This document shows, in pieces, positions 41,469 to 52,020 of a DNA stretch of 64,000 nucleotides. The notes beneath the pieces are model-generated. The model made no database searches, was not told the origin of the DNA, and was given only the letters and a program-made list of their open reading frames with translations. This DNA is from Rhodocyclaceae bacterium. Its GTDB lineage: Bacteria; Pseudomonadota; Gammaproteobacteria; Burkholderiales; Rhodocyclaceae. Position 1 is the first letter of the stretch. Each line of letters opens with the position of its first letter. Location: the NCBI GenBank assembly GCA_035530135.1, contig DATKVJ010000155.1, positions 35,020 to 99,019 on the forward strand, in the 5' to 3' direction. Position numbers and translations under genes: made by a program.

Positions 41469-42068
41469 ATGGGAGATCGCGAAGCTGACCAGGTTCTGGT
41501 CGAACGCGTGCAGCAGGGAGACAAGCAAGCCTTCGGGCTGCTCGTGTCCAAGTATCAGCGCAAGCTGATACGACTGCTGTCGCGGATGATCCGCGACCCC
41601 GCCGAAGTCGAGGACGTCGCTCAGGAAGCCTTCATCAAGGCCTATCGCGCGCTGCCCGGCTTCCGTGGCGACAGCGCGTTCTATACCTGGCTCTACCGCA
41701 TCGGCATCAATACCGCGAAGAACTTCCTGGCGGCACAGGGCCGCCGGGCGCCGACGACCACCGAGTTCGACAGCGAGGAGGCGGAGAGTTTCGAGGACGG
41801 GGATCAGTTGCGCGACAACAACACCCCCGAGCGGATATTGATGTCGAAGCAGATCGGCAACACCGTGAATGCCGCCATGACCGAACTGCCCGAGGATTTG
41901 CGCACCGCGATCGTGCTGCGCGAAATCGAGGGTTTGAGCTACGAGGAGATCGCACAGATTATGGACTGCCCAATCGGCACCGTGCGTTCCCGTATCTTCC
42001 GGGCCCGCGAGGCGATCGCTGCGAAGTTGCAGCCGCTTCTGGAACCCGGGACCGATAAACGTTGGTGA
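41469..42068 (+). CDS. rpoE: ECF sigma factor RpoE/AlgU
   Basis: MGDREADQVLVERVQQGDKQAFGLLVSKYQRKL...FYTWLYRIGINTAKN...IEGLSYEEIAQIMDCPIGTVRSRIFRAREAI is near-canonical sigma-E. Confidence 0.95.
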   Translation: MGDREADQVLVERVQQGDKQAFGLLVSKYQRKLIRLLSRMIRDPAEVEDVAQEAFIKAYRALPGFRGDSAFYTWLYRIGINTAKNFLAAQGRRAPTTTEFDSEEAESFEDGDQLRDNNTPERILMSKQIGNTVNAAMTELPEDLRTAIVLREIEGLSYEEIAQIMDCPIGTVRSRIFRAREAIAAKLQPLLEPGTDKRW

Positions 42069-42110
42069 TAGCGATCAGTATCCCCATAGGGCACCAGTGA
42101 AGGTGACACG

Positions 42111-42635
42111 ATGAAATCTGAGCTTTCCGCCTTTCTCGATGGCGAACTCGAGGCCTCCCGGCAGCCGACCTTACTGGCCGCCATCGTCAGCGACGAGGAA
42201 TTGCGCCGCGCGTGGGACGACTATCATTTGATCGGCGATGCCCTGCGCCGCTCGCAAGGGCTCGACCAGCAACTGGCGGCGCGGGTCATGGCCAGCCTGC
42301 AGCATGATCCGGTGGTGCTGGCGCCGCAGGTCAAGCGCGTCAGCCATCTCCTGCGTTCTTCTCTGGCGGCGGCCGCGGCGGTCGCCGGCATCGCGCTGGT
42401 CGCCAGGATCGCCATCGCTCCGCCGCAGGCCGGGATCGGGATGCTCGCCAAGGCCCGTGCGCCGAACGAGGCGCGGGCGCCATCGACCACCCTGGCGTCA
42501 GCCGAAGCTTCCGACGGCAGCCTGTTGCAGGAATACATGATCGCCCATCAAGCCTACTCGCCGGGCAACCGCATCCAGGGCGGGACCGCCTACGTGCGCA
42601 GCGTGTCCATGACCGGGGATAGCGCGGCGAGATGA
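42111..42635 (+). CDS. rseA: Anti-sigma-E factor RseA/MucA
   Basis: The N-terminus LSAFLDGEL......W..YHLIGDALR is the RseA N-domain. A central TM follows. The gene lies directly after rpoE. Confidence 0.85.
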   Translation: MKSELSAFLDGELEASRQPTLLAAIVSDEELRRAWDDYHLIGDALRRSQGLDQQLAARVMASLQHDPVVLAPQVKRVSHLLRSSLAAAAAVAGIALVARIAIAPPQAGIGMLAKARAPNEARAPSTTLASAEASDGSLLQEYMIAHQAYSPGNRIQGGTAYVRSVSMTGDSAAR

Positions 42636-43600
42636 AGCGCTGGCTCCTCAGCGGCCTTTGCTGCCTTCTTGCCTACAGCCTGCCCGCCGCCGCGCAGCAG
42701 CAGGACGGGCTGTACTGGCTCGACCGCGTCGTGACCGCGGCGCACAAGCTCAACTACAGCGGCACCTTCGTCTTCCAGAGCGGCGCCTTGGTGGAAACTT
42801 CCCGCATCACCCACATGGTCGTCGCGGGCAGGGAGCAGGAGCGCATCGAAGTCTTAGACGGCAGTCCGCGCGAGGTGATCAGCGGCAGCGACGAGGTGCG
42901 CTGCTACCTGCCCGAGAGCCGCACCCTGATCGTGGAGAAACGCAGCCGCCAGCGCAGTTTTCCGGCGCTGCTGCCGGCGGTGCTGGGCGGGCTCGCCGAG
43001 CACTACGTGATTCGCAAGGGCGCGCTCGGACGGATCGCCGACCGCGAGAGCCAGGCGATCCTGCTTGAGCCCAAGGACAGACTTCGCTACGGCCACCAGT
43101 TCTGGGTGGACGTGAATTCCGGCCTGCTGCTCAAGGCCGAGCTCCTGAACGAGCACAACGAGCCGGTGGAAACCTTTGCCTTCACGCAGCTGCAGATCGG
43201 CGGCGCGATTGACCGTGAGTCGCTGACCTCGAAATACGCCAAGCAGGCGAGCGGCTGGCAGGTTCATAACGTGCGCGCCACCGAGCGCCGCGGCGAGGAT
43301 GCCGCCTGGCGGTTCAAGGTTCACTTGCCCGGCTTCAGCAAGCTCACCGAGATGATGCGCGAGGTACGCCCGAACGCGCCGGCTAGCCTGCACATCATGT
43401 TCTCCGATGGCCTCGCGGCCATTTCGGTGTTCATCGACTCCGTTCCCGCCGGGCAGCCGAGCAAGACCGATCTGGGCATGATCGCGATGGGGGCGACCAA
43501 CATCTACCGCCGGATCGTGGGCGGACATCTGCTGGTCATCATGGGCGAGGTGCCGCCGGCGACGCTGAAGAAGTTCGGCGACGGTATCGAACCGAGATGA
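42632..43600 (+). CDS. rseB: Sigma-E regulatory protein RseB/MucB
   Basis: 322 aa with a signal peptide, AAHKLNYSGTFVFQ and the VMGEVPPATLKKF end. It has an ATGA overlap with rseA. Confidence 0.9.
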   Translation: MKRWLLSGLCCLLAYSLPAAAQQQDGLYWLDRVVTAAHKLNYSGTFVFQSGALVETSRITHMVVAGREQERIEVLDGSPREVISGSDEVRCYLPESRTLIVEKRSRQRSFPALLPAVLGGLAEHYVIRKGALGRIADRESQAILLEPKDRLRYGHQFWVDVNSGLLLKAELLNEHNEPVETFAFTQLQIGGAIDRESLTSKYAKQASGWQVHNVRATERRGEDAAWRFKVHLPGFSKLTEMMREVRPNAPASLHIMFSDGLAAISVFIDSVPAGQPSKTDLGMIAMGATNIYRRIVGGHLLVIMGEVPPATLKKFGDGIEPR

Positions 43601-43703
43601 ACGATGGCGTCCTGATCGATCGCCGCGCCCAGCGCCGGCAAGCTGTGCCGCCGCAGCTCGAAAACCCTGATACCAACCCCCATACCCCGGAGGACGCCCT
43701 TTC

Positions 43704-45128
43704 ATGATTCGGAAAATCCTGTTGCCGCTCCTGCTCGCCTTGGTCTCCCTGGGTGCCCAGGCCCAGGCCAGAGGCCTGCCAGACTTCACCGAACTGGTCG
43801 AGCGGCAGGGCCCGGCCGTGGTCAATATCAGTTCCATCCAGCATATTCGCGGCGGCGCTCAGGCGCAGCAACTTCCCATCGACCCGCATGACCCGGCGTT
43901 CGACCTGTTCCGGCGCTTCTTTCCCCAGCTGCCGGGCGGTCCCCAGCAGGAATTCGAGAGCAAGTCCCTCGGTTCAGGCTTCATCATCAGCGCCGACGGC
44001 GACATCCTGACCAACGCCCACGTCGTCGCCGGTGCCGACGAGGTCGTGGTCAGACTCACCGACAAGCGCGAGTTCAAGGCCAAGGTGCTCGGTGCCGACA
44101 AGCGTACCGATATCGCCCTGATCAAGATCGATGCCAGCGGCCTGCCGGTGGTCAAGCTCGGCGACCCGAACAAGCTCAAGGTCGGCGAATGGGTGGTCGC
44201 CATCGGCTCGCCCTTCGGTTTCGACAACAGCGTCACCGCCGGCATCGTCAGCGCCAAGGGGCGCTCGCTGCCGCAGGAGAACTTCGTTCCCTTCATCCAG
44301 ACCGATGCCGCGATCAATCCCGGCAACTCGGGCGGGCCGCTGTTCAACATGAGAGGCGAGGTGGTCGGCGTCAACTCGCAGATCTACAGCCGCACCGGCG
44401 GTTACATGGGGCTCGCCTTCGCCATCCCGATCGACGTCGCGATGGAGGTGCAGAGCCAGCTGAAGGCCAGCGGGCGAGTCAGCCGCGGCCGCATCGGCGT
44501 GGTCATCCAGGAGGTGACGAAGAGTCTCGCCGACTCCTTCGGCTTGGCCAAGCCGACCGGCGCGCTGGTGAATTCCGTCGAGAAGGGCGGCCCGGCCGAC
44601 AAGGCGGGCGTGGAGCCCGGCGACGTCATCCTCAGGTTCGACGGCAAGAGCGTCAAGAGCTCCGGCGATCTGCCGCGCATCGTCGGCGCCACCAAGCCCG
44701 GCAGCACGGTGACGATGCAGGTGTGGCGCAAGAATGCCGGCCGGGAGCTGAAGGTGAACGTCGGCGAAATGCCGGCGGAGAGGGCGGTGCCGCGCGGCGG
44801 CAAGGCCGACAAGCCGGCTGCGAGAGCCGCCGCCAACAGCCTCGGGTTGGTGCTGACCGAGTTGAGCGCCGAGCAGAAGAAGGAATTGCACCTGACCCAC
44901 GGCCTGGTGGTCGAGGAGATTCGCGGCGGCGTCAGCGATTCCGACCTGCGCGCCGGCGACGTCATCCTGGCGCTGATCAGCAAGGGAGTGCAGATCGAGG
45001 CGAAATCGGTCGAGCAGTTCAACAAGCGGCTCGCCCAGATGGGCAAGTCGGCGACCATCACGCTGCTGGTGCGCCGCGGCGAGAACCAGACCTTCATCAC
45101 CCTCAAGGGACTCAGTGAGCAAAAGTAG
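43704..45128 (+). CDS. degP: Periplasmic serine endoprotease DegP/MucD (two PDZ domains)
   Basis: 474 aa with the catalytic triad context (TNAHVV, DIALIK, GNSGGPL). Confidence 0.95.
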   Translation: MIRKILLPLLLALVSLGAQAQARGLPDFTELVERQGPAVVNISSIQHIRGGAQAQQLPIDPHDPAFDLFRRFFPQLPGGPQQEFESKSLGSGFIISADGDILTNAHVVAGADEVVVRLTDKREFKAKVLGADKRTDIALIKIDASGLPVVKLGDPNKLKVGEWVVAIGSPFGFDNSVTAGIVSAKGRSLPQENFVPFIQTDAAINPGNSGGPLFNMRGEVVGVNSQIYSRTGGYMGLAFAIPIDVAMEVQSQLKASGRVSRGRIGVVIQEVTKSLADSFGLAKPTGALVNSVEKGGPADKAGVEPGDVILRFDGKSVKSSGDLPRIVGATKPGSTVTMQVWRKNAGRELKVNVGEMPAERAVPRGGKADKPAARAAANSLGLVLTELSAEQKKELHLTHGLVVEEIRGGVSDSDLRAGDVILALISKGVQIEAKSVEQFNKRLAQMGKSATITLLVRRGENQTFITLKGLSEQK

Positions 45129-45381
45129 CCCGGCGGCCCGGACGATGCGCAGCCTGACGCTATATAGCCGGGCGTATTGCCACCTTTGCCACGACATGCA
45201 GGCCGCGGTCGAGGACCTGCGCGGCGAGTATGAGTTCGAGCTGCGGGTGCTGGATATCGACGCTGACCCGGCGCTCCTGGCGCGCTACGACGAACGGGTG
45301 CCGGTATTGACCGCGGGGGCGCGCGAGCTCTGCCACTATTTTCTCGACGGCCCGGCGGTGCGCGCCTATCTCTCGAGCTGA
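45115..45381 (+). CDS. Glutaredoxin-like protein (DUF836 type)
   Basis: LTLYSRAYCHLCHDM (CxxC) ... DIDADPALLARYDERVPVL. The start is either 45115 (14-nt overlap with degP) or the ATG at 45145. Confidence 0.7.
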   Translation: MSKSSPAARTMRSLTLYSRAYCHLCHDMQAAVEDLRGEYEFELRVLDIDADPALLARYDERVPVLTAGARELCHYFLDGPAVRAYLSS

Positions 45382-45513
45382 CACACGGAATCGCCCGTCC
45401 GGTTGCCGCCGCAGACCCGTCCGTGCGCGCCGCCCCGCTGAGCCCCGGTTCGCGGTACAATCCGCGGCCATTCCAATCCTGCAACTTGGCAGGCTGGCGC
45501 AGTCCTGACCGCT

Positions 45514-47313
45514 ATGCAGCACATCCGCAACTTTTCCATCATCGCCCACATCGATCACGGCAAATCGACGCTGGCCGACCGCATCATCCAGCTTTGCGGC
45601 GGCTTGTCCGAGCGCGAGATGGAGGCGCAGGTGCTCGATTCGATGGCCCTCGAGCGCGAGCGCGGTATCACCATCAAGGCGCAGACCGCGGCGCTCTGGT
45701 ATCGCGCCAGAGACGGCCAGCGCTACAACCTGAACCTGATCGACACGCCCGGCCACGTGGACTTCTCCTACGAGGTCAGCCGCTCGCTCGCCGCTTGCGA
45801 GGGCGCGCTGCTGGTGGTGGACGCCTCGCAAGGCGTCGAGGCGCAGACCGTCGCCAACTGCTACACGGCGCTGGAGCAGGGCGTCGAAGTCGTGCCGGTG
45901 CTGAACAAGATTGACTTGCCCTCGGCCGACCCGGAGCGCGCCAAGCAGGAAATCGAGGACGTCATCGGCATCGACGCCGGCGACGCCATCCTCGCCAGCG
46001 CCAAGACCGGTCTTGGGGTGGAGGACATCCTCGAGGCGGTGATTGTCCGCATTCCGCCGCCCCAGGGCGACCCGGGAGCGCCGTTGAAGGCGCTGATCAT
46101 CGACTCCTGGTTCGACAATTACGTCGGCGTGGTGATGCTGGTGCGCGTGGTCGATGGCGCGCTCAAGCCCAAGGAGCGGATCCGCCTGATGGCCGGCGGC
46201 ACCACCCATTTGTGCGAGCAGGTCGGGGTATTCACGCCCAAGTCGCAGTCGCGCGAACGGCTCTCGGCCGGCGAGGTGGGCTTCATCATCGCCGGCATCA
46301 AGGAGCTGAAGGCGGCCAAGGTCGGCGACACCGTGACCCTGGTGGATCGCCCGGCGGTCGAGCCGCTGCCTGGCTTCAAGGAAATCAAGCCGCAGGTGTT
46401 CGCCGGGCTCTATCCGATCGAGCCGAACGAATACGAGGGGCTGCGCGATGCGCTGGAAAAGCTCAAGTTGAACGACGCCTCGCTGCATTACGAGCCCGAG
46501 GTCTCCCAGGCCCTGGGCTTCGGTTTCCGTTGCGGCTTCCTTGGCCTGCTGCACATGGAGATCGTACAGGAGCGGCTGGAGCGGGAGTTCGACCAGGATC
46601 TGATCACCACCGCGCCGACGGTGGTGTATCAGGTACTGCAGAAAGACGGGAGCGAGGTCTTCGTCGAGAACCCGGCCAAGCTGCCGGATCTGGCAAAAAT
46701 CGAGGAGATCCGCGAGCCGATCATCACCACCACCATCTTCGTGCCGCAGGAATACCTGGGCGCGGTGATCACCCTGTGCGAGGGCAAGCGTGGCAGCCAA
46801 GTGGGCATGGCCTACCACGGCCGTCAGGTGCAGTTGAGCTACGACATGCCGATGGCCGAAGTGGTGATGGACTTCTTCGACCGGCTGAAGTCGGTGTCGC
46901 GCGGCTACGCCTCGCTCGATTACGAGTTCAAGGAATATCGCGCCGCCGACGTGGTCAAGCTCGACATCCTGATCAACGGCGACAAGGTCGATGCCCTGTC
47001 GATGATCGTGCATCGTGCTAACGCGCCGTACCGCGGGCGGGAAATCGCCGCCAAGATGTGCGAGCTGATTCCGCGCCAGATGTACGACGTCGCCGTGCAG
47101 GCGGCGATCGGCGCCCACATCATCGCCCGCGAGAACATCAAGGCGATGAGAAAGAACGTGCTCGCCAAGTGCTACGGCGGCGACATCACGCGCAAGAAGA
47201 AGCTGCTGGAGAAACAGAAAGCCGGCAAGAAGCGCATGAAGATGGTCGGCAGCGTGGAAATCCCGCAGGAAGCCTTCCTCGCGGTGCTGCGCGTCGGCGA
47301 CGGCAACAAATAG
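45514..47313 (+). CDS. lepA: Elongation factor 4 (LepA)
   Basis: 599 aa with [28 protein letters not shown] and NKID GTPase motifs. Confidence 0.97.
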   Translation: MQHIRNFSIIAHIDHGKSTLADRIIQLCGGLSEREMEAQVLDSMALERERGITIKAQTAALWYRARDGQRYNLNLIDTPGHVDFSYEVSRSLAACEGALLVVDASQGVEAQTVANCYTALEQGVEVVPVLNKIDLPSADPERAKQEIEDVIGIDAGDAILASAKTGLGVEDILEAVIVRIPPPQGDPGAPLKALIIDSWFDNYVGVVMLVRVVDGALKPKERIRLMAGGTTHLCEQVGVFTPKSQSRERLSAGEVGFIIAGIKELKAAKVGDTVTLVDRPAVEPLPGFKEIKPQVFAGLYPIEPNEYEGLRDALEKLKLNDASLHYEPEVSQALGFGFRCGFLGLLHMEIVQERLEREFDQDLITTAPTVVYQVLQKDGSEVFVENPAKLPDLAKIEEIREPIITTTIFVPQEYLGAVITLCEGKRGSQVGMAYHGRQVQLSYDMPMAEVVMDFFDRLKSVSRGYASLDYEFKEYRAADVVKLDILINGDKVDALSMIVHRANAPYRGREIAAKMCELIPRQMYDVAVQAAIGAHIIARENIKAMRKNVLAKCYGGDITRKKKLLEKQKAGKKRMKMVGSVEIPQEAFLAVLRVGDGNK

Positions 47314-47333
47314 GAAACGGATAAGGACGACCC

Positions 47334-48128
47334 ATGGATATGGACTTTGCTTTGATTCTCTTCGTGCTGCTCGTCGCCACCGGCGTGATCTGGGTACTCG
47401 ATCACTTCTGGCTGAAGAAGAAGCGCGCCGCCGACGCCAAGGACCCCTGGTGGGTCGAGTACGGCGCCAGCTTCTTCCCGGTGATCCTGGCGGTTTTCCT
47501 GCTGCGCTCATTCCTGGTCGAGCCCTTCAAGATCCCCTCCGGCTCGATGATCCCGACGCTGCACGTCGGTGACTTCATCCTGGTCAACAAGTACGACTAT
47601 GGCATCCGTCTGCCGATACTGAACAAGAAGATCATCGATGTTGGCACGCCGCAACGCGGCGACGTGATGGTGTTCCGCTACCCGGAGAACCCCTCGCTCG
47701 ACTACATCAAGCGCGTGGTCGGCCTGCCCGGCGACAAGATTTCCTACCAGAACAAGCGGCTGACCATCAACGGCAAGGAAGTGCCGGAGCAAAAGACCTC
47801 GGATTATCTCAACCCCGACCGCCTCTACTACACGCCGCGCTACATCGAGACCTTGGGCACGGTGCAGCACTCGATCCTGATCGAACCCGAAGCGCCTTCC
47901 TTCGTTTCCCAGGTGAGCGATTTCCCCTTCCGCAACAATTGCCATTACAATAGCGAGGGTGTTTCCTGCGAGGTGCCGCCGGGCCACTACTTCGTGATGG
48001 GTGACAACCGCGACAATTCGATGGACAGCCGCTTCTGGGGCTTCGTGCCGGACCGGAACATCGTCGGCAAGGCGTTTTTCATCTGGTTCAATTTCAGCGA
48101 TCTGAAGCGCATCGGGCCGTTCAAGTAA
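47334..48128 (+). CDS. lepB: Signal peptidase I
   Basis: 264 aa with the catalytic IPSGSM, KRVVGLPGD and GDNRDNSMDSR boxes. Confidence 0.95.
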   Translation: MDMDFALILFVLLVATGVIWVLDHFWLKKKRAADAKDPWWVEYGASFFPVILAVFLLRSFLVEPFKIPSGSMIPTLHVGDFILVNKYDYGIRLPILNKKIIDVGTPQRGDVMVFRYPENPSLDYIKRVVGLPGDKISYQNKRLTINGKEVPEQKTSDYLNPDRLYYTPRYIETLGTVQHSILIEPEAPSFVSQVSDFPFRNNCHYNSEGVSCEVPPGHYFVMGDNRDNSMDSRFWGFVPDRNIVGKAFFIWFNFSDLKRIGPFK

Positions 48129-48142
48129 TTGACGGAGAGATC

Positions 48143-48517
48143 ATGAAACCATCGTTGCAGCGACAGCAGGGAATCACGCTGACCGGCGTGATCGTGGGGG
48201 GGCTGCTGCTGGTGCTCCTGGTCATCGGCGGCATGAGGATCCTGCCGGACGTCATCGATTATTTCACCATCCTCAAGGATGCCAAGGCCACGGCGCACGA
48301 CCCGAACCTCCGGACCGCCTCCATCCCGGAAGTCCGCCGGGCTTTCGACAAGCGCATCCAGATCGACAATGTGACCAGCATCAGCGGCAGCGACCTCGAC
48401 ATCAGCAAGGACGGCAACGAGATCGTCCTCGCCTTCGCCTATAGCAAGAAGATCCCGCTCGCTCCCCACGTCAGTCTCGTGATCGACTTCGAGGGCAACA
48501 CCTCCGGCTCCAAGTAA
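48143..48517 (+). CDS. DUF4845 domain protein
   Basis: 124 aa with an N-terminal TM. It occupies the conserved lepB-X-rnc position, as with PA0769 in P. aeruginosa (from memory). Confidence 0.65.
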   Translation: MKPSLQRQQGITLTGVIVGGLLLVLLVIGGMRILPDVIDYFTILKDAKATAHDPNLRTASIPEVRRAFDKRIQIDNVTSISGSDLDISKDGNEIVLAFAYSKKIPLAPHVSLVIDFEGNTSGSK

Positions 48518-49185
48518 TGCAGATCGAGAGGCTCGAGCGCGTCCTGGGGCATACTTTTTCCGCTCGCGACTTGCTGCGCCAGGCGTTGACCCATCGCAGC
48601 TACGGCGCAGCGCACAATGAACGGCTCGAGTTTCTCGGCGACAGCATCCTGAACTTCGTCATCGCGGCGCTGCTGTTCGAGCGCTTCGGCGCCCTGCGCG
48701 AAGGCGACCTGTCGCGGCTGCGCGCCAGCCTGGTGCGCAAGGAGACGCTGGCCGAGATCGCGCAGTCGCTCTCGCTCGGAGACTACCTGCTGCTGGGCGA
48801 GGGTGAGCAGAAAAGCGGCGGCCACCGGCGCCCCTCGATCCTCGCCGACACCCTGGAGGCGCTGCTCGGCGCCGTCTATCTCGACGCCGGTTTTACTCGG
48901 GCCCAGCAGATCATCACCGGACTCTACGGGCGACTGATCGCGCTGATCGAACCGGGCGGCGCCGCCAAGGATCCCAAGACAGCGTTACAGGAAATCCTCC
49001 AGTCGCGCCACTTGGCGCTGCCGAACTACTGCCTGCGCGCGACGCGGGGCGAGGCGCACGCCCAGGAGTTCGAGGTGGAGTGCCGGGTGCCGGCCCTGGA
49101 TATCTGCACCGTCGGCCTCGGGCCCAGCCGCCGCGCCGCCGAACAGGCGGCGGCTGCGCGCGCCGCCCTGCTGATCGCACCATGA
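48517..49185 (+). CDS. rnc: Ribonuclease III
   Basis: 222 aa with the [12 protein letters not shown] signature and a C-terminal dsRBD. Confidence 0.95.
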   Translation: MQIERLERVLGHTFSARDLLRQALTHRSYGAAHNERLEFLGDSILNFVIAALLFERFGALREGDLSRLRASLVRKETLAEIAQSLSLGDYLLLGEGEQKSGGHRRPSILADTLEALLGAVYLDAGFTRAQQIITGLYGRLIALIEPGGAAKDPKTALQEILQSRHLALPNYCLRATRGEAHAQEFEVECRVPALDICTVGLGPSRRAAEQAAAARAALLIAP

Positions 49186-50072
49186 GCAGCGCGTTTCGCA
49201 CCGGCACCCTGGCCATCGTCGGCCAGCCCAACGTCGGCAAGTCGACCTTGGTGAACCGCCTGGTCGGGCAAAAGCTCAGCATCACCTCGCGGAAGCCGCA
49301 GACCACCCGCCATCGCATCACCGGCATCCTGACGACCGATGAGTGCCAGTACATCTTCGTCGATACGCCCGGTTTCCAGACCCGGCACCCCGGCGCCCTG
49401 AATCGCGTCTTGAACCGCAGTGTGACCCAGGCGCTGTCCGAGGTCGATGTCGTCATCCTGGTCATCGAGGCCGGCCGCTTCGGCCCGGCCGATCGCGCCA
49501 TCATCAGGCTCCTGCCGCCCGACAGACCCGTGTTGCTGGCCATCAACAAGATCGACCGTCTGAGCGACAAGGCGAAGCTGCTGCCCTTCATCGCCCAGAT
49601 GGCGACAATCTTCCCTTTCGCAGAAATCGTGCCGCTCTCCGCCGCGAGCGGCGACGGCGCCGTCGAACTGCTCAAGACCGCGGCCAAGTATCTGCCGGAA
49701 GGACCGCCGATCTACGACGCGGACGCCATCACCGACCGTAGCGAACGCTTCCTCGCGGCGGAACTGCTGCGCGAGAAACTGTTCCGCAATCTGGGCGAAG
49801 AGCTTCCCTACGGCATTGCGGTCGAGATCGAGCGCTTCGAGCAGGAAGGCGAGCTTCGCCGCATCTTCGCCGCGATCATCGTCGACAAGGCGGCGCACAA
49901 GTCCATCGTCATCGGCAAGGGCGGCGAGAAGCTGAAGACGATGTCCTCCGACGCGCGCCGCGACATGGAGCAGCTCTTCGGCGGGCCGGTCTATCTCGAA
50001 ACCTGGGTCAAGGTGAAGAGCGGCTGGGCCGAGGACGAGCGCGCGCTGAAAAGCCTGGGTTACGACACATGA
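49182..50072 (+). CDS. era: GTPase Era
   Basis: Starts [23 protein letters not shown] and has DTPG, NKID and a KH domain. It has an ATGA overlap with rnc. Confidence 0.95.
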   Translation: MSSAFRTGTLAIVGQPNVGKSTLVNRLVGQKLSITSRKPQTTRHRITGILTTDECQYIFVDTPGFQTRHPGALNRVLNRSVTQALSEVDVVILVIEAGRFGPADRAIIRLLPPDRPVLLAINKIDRLSDKAKLLPFIAQMATIFPFAEIVPLSAASGDGAVELLKTAAKYLPEGPPIYDADAITDRSERFLAAELLREKLFRNLGEELPYGIAVEIERFEQEGELRRIFAAIIVDKAAHKSIVIGKGGEKLKTMSSDARRDMEQLFGGPVYLETWVKVKSGWAEDERALKSLGYDT

Positions 50073-50184
50073 CTGCCCGCCCCCCAGCCCCCTTGCCGAG
50101 CACGGGAGTGACGGCGGTTCAGCCGATGACTCGGCTTCCTGGTGGTGGCTTGCCGCGTCCCAGGGGCGGCCCTTCGGAGGCGGC
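50073..50184 (+). repeat. Conserved intergenic element, copy A (era stop to recO start)
   Basis: 43/67 ungapped identities with copy B over the first 67 nt after the TGA. Identical blocks CAGCCCC, GTGAC, GTTCAGCC and GGCTTCC sit at identical offsets. The 3' block is GGCCCTTCGGAGGCGGCATGA. Confidence 0.6.
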
Positions 50185-50916
50185 ATGAGCGCCCGTCAGC
50201 GGATCGACGGACAGCTGGCCTGGATACTGCACAGCTATCCCTACAGCGAGACCAGCCTGATCCTCGACGTGCTGAGCCGGGACTACGGCCGGCTGCCGCT
50301 CTTGGCGCGCGGCGCGCGGCGGCCACGGTCGGCGCTGCGCGGTGTGCTGCAGGCCTTCCAACCGATCGAGCTGGGCTGGTTCGGCGGCGGCGAGGTGCGC
50401 ACCCTGGCGAAGGCGGAGTGGGTCGGCGGCATGCCCCTGCTGGGCGGCGCGGCGCTGATGCTCGGCTACTACCTGAACGAACTGCTGCTCAAGCTGTTGC
50501 CGCGCGAGGACGCTCATCCCGCGCTGTTCGAAGCCTACGCCGCGAGCCTGCAGGCGCTGGCGCGCGGCGAGCCCCACGAATCGCGATTGCGGCTGTTCGA
50601 AAAGACGCTGCTGAAGGAGCTGGGTTACGGCCTGGCGTTGGAACGCGATGCGCTCTCGGGCCAGCCGGTGCGGATAGGCACCAGCTATCGCTACCTGGCC
50701 GAGCGCGGCCCGGTCGAGGCTTCGCCCGACGAGGCGGGGGGAACCAGTCAGTCGATCCTGCGCGGTAAGACCCTGCTCGACCTGGCCCGCGACGACTACA
50801 GCGACGCTCAGACGCTGGCGGAGAGCAAGGCGCTGATGCGCAGACTGATCAACCACCACCTCTCGGGGCAGCCCTTGCAGTCGCGGCGGGTATTCATCGA
50901 ACTGCAGGAGCTGTGA
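50185..50916 (+). CDS. recO: DNA repair protein RecO
   Basis: 243 aa with [19 protein letters not shown] and LR.FE..LL.ELGY patterns, in rnc-era-recO synteny. Confidence 0.9.
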   Translation: MSARQRIDGQLAWILHSYPYSETSLILDVLSRDYGRLPLLARGARRPRSALRGVLQAFQPIELGWFGGGEVRTLAKAEWVGGMPLLGGAALMLGYYLNELLLKLLPREDAHPALFEAYAASLQALARGEPHESRLRLFEKTLLKELGYGLALERDALSGQPVRIGTSYRYLAERGPVEASPDEAGGTSQSILRGKTLLDLARDDYSDAQTLAESKALMRRLINHHLSGQPLQSRRVFIELQEL

Positions 50917-50920
50917 AGCG

Positions 50921-51646
50921 ATGATAGAGTTAGGCGTCAATATCGACCACGTCGCGACGCTGCGTCAGGCGCGCGGCACGACCTACCCGGACCCGATCCG
51001 GGCCGCCTTGCTGGCAGAGAGAAGCGGCGCCGACGCCATCACCCTGCACCTGCGCGAGGACCGGCGCCACATCCAGGATCGCGACGTCCTGCTGTTGCGG
51101 CCGTTGCTCGCCACGCGGATGAACCTCGAGGCGGCGATCACCGAGGAAATGATAGCCTTCGCCTGCCGCATCCGGCCGCAGGACGTTTGCCTGGTGCCCG
51201 AGCGGCGCCAGGAGCTCACCACCGAAGGCGGCTTGGACGTCGCCGGTCACCTCGACCAGGTGACGGCGGCCTGCCGGCGGCTCAAGGCGGCGGGCATCCG
51301 CGTCTCGCTGTTCATCGATCCGGAGCCATCGCAGCTCGAGGCCGCCGTGAAGGCGGCCGCGCCGGTGGTGGAGCTGCACACCGGCCGCTACGCCGACGCC
51401 GCCCCTGGCCCGGACCAGGCCAGCGAGCTCGCACGTATCCGTGCCGCCGCGGCACGCGGCGCGGGACTGGGCCTCAAGGTCAATGCCGGCCACGGCCTGC
51501 ACTTCGGCAACGTCCAGGCCATCGCCGCCATCGCCGAGATCGCCGAATTGAACATCGGCCACGCGCTGGTGGCTGAGGCCATCTTCATGGGCTGGGAGAA
51601 TGCCGTGGGCGAAATGAAGCGGCTGATGCGGGCGGCGCGGCCATGA
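50921..51646 (+). CDS. pdxJ: Pyridoxine 5'-phosphate synthase
   Basis: 241 aa with [25 protein letters not shown] and NAGHGL motifs. Confidence 0.95.
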   Translation: MIELGVNIDHVATLRQARGTTYPDPIRAALLAERSGADAITLHLREDRRHIQDRDVLLLRPLLATRMNLEAAITEEMIAFACRIRPQDVCLVPERRQELTTEGGLDVAGHLDQVTAACRRLKAAGIRVSLFIDPEPSQLEAAVKAAAPVVELHTGRYADAAPGPDQASELARIRAAAARGAGLGLKVNAGHGLHFGNVQAIAAIAEIAELNIGHALVAEAIFMGWENAVGEMKRLMRAARP

Positions 51647-52020
51647 TCTACGGCATCGGCACCGACATCGTCGCCGTCGGCCGCATCGCCGCCCTCTACC
51701 AGCGGCATGGCGAGCGCGCCCTGGAGAAGCTGCTGGCGCCGGAAGAGCGCGCCGACTGCCGGGGCGCGGCCCAGCCGGAACGCTTCCTGGCGAAAAGATT
51801 CGCCGCCAAGGAGGCATTCGGCAAGGCGCTGGGTACCGGCGTGCGCGCGCCGGCCCTGCTGCCGGCGATCGCGGTGGTCCATGACGCCTTGGGCAAGCCG
51901 GCCTTTGGCTATTCGCCGGCGCTGGCCGCGCATCTCTCCGAACTCGGCCTGATCGCCCACCTGTCGCTCTCTGACGAGGGCGACTCGGCGCTGGCCTTCG
52001 TCATTCTGGAAAAGAGATGA
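51643..52020 (+). CDS. acpS: Holo-ACP synthase
   Basis: 125 aa with [24 protein letters not shown] and SLSDEG motifs. It has an ATGA overlap with pdxJ. Confidence 0.95.
   Translation: MIYGIGTDIVAVGRIAALYQRHGERALEKLLAPEERADCRGAAQPERFLAKRFAAKEAFGKALGTGVRAPALLPAIAVVHDALGKPAFGYSPALAAHLSELGLIAHLSLSDEGDSALAFVILEKR

Noticed and set aside
45160-47511. 783-aa minus-strand ORF opposite lepA. Similar cases are 55305..57494 opposite uvrC, 58430..60076 opposite the marR/OMP genes, 39563..41551 overlapping nadB out of frame on the same (minus) strand, 35911..37284 opposite fabD/fabG, and 50119..50940 opposite recO.
   Set aside because: All overlap strongly recognisable housekeeping genes, either antisense or in an alternative frame, and have shadow-ORF composition. 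High GC suppresses stop codons in such off-frames.
50073-50111. Possible TGA read-through extensions. Both the era and acpS stops (TGA-C, a leaky context) are followed by exactly 12 sense codons and a second TGA (LPAPQPPCRARE* and [12 protein letters not shown]).
   Set aside because: Nucleotide conservation continues beyond the second stop with no codon-position pattern. The peptides are only weakly similar. This is better explained by a conserved nucleotide element. It is worth a proteomics glance but is not claimed.
50139-50154. Sigma-54-like GG-N-GC motifs inside the repeated element (CTGGTGGTGGCTTGCC in A; TGGCTTCCGTTTGCC at 52080-52094 in B)
   Set aside because: GG-to-GC spacing is one nt shorter than the strict TGGCAC-N5-TTGC geometry in both copies.
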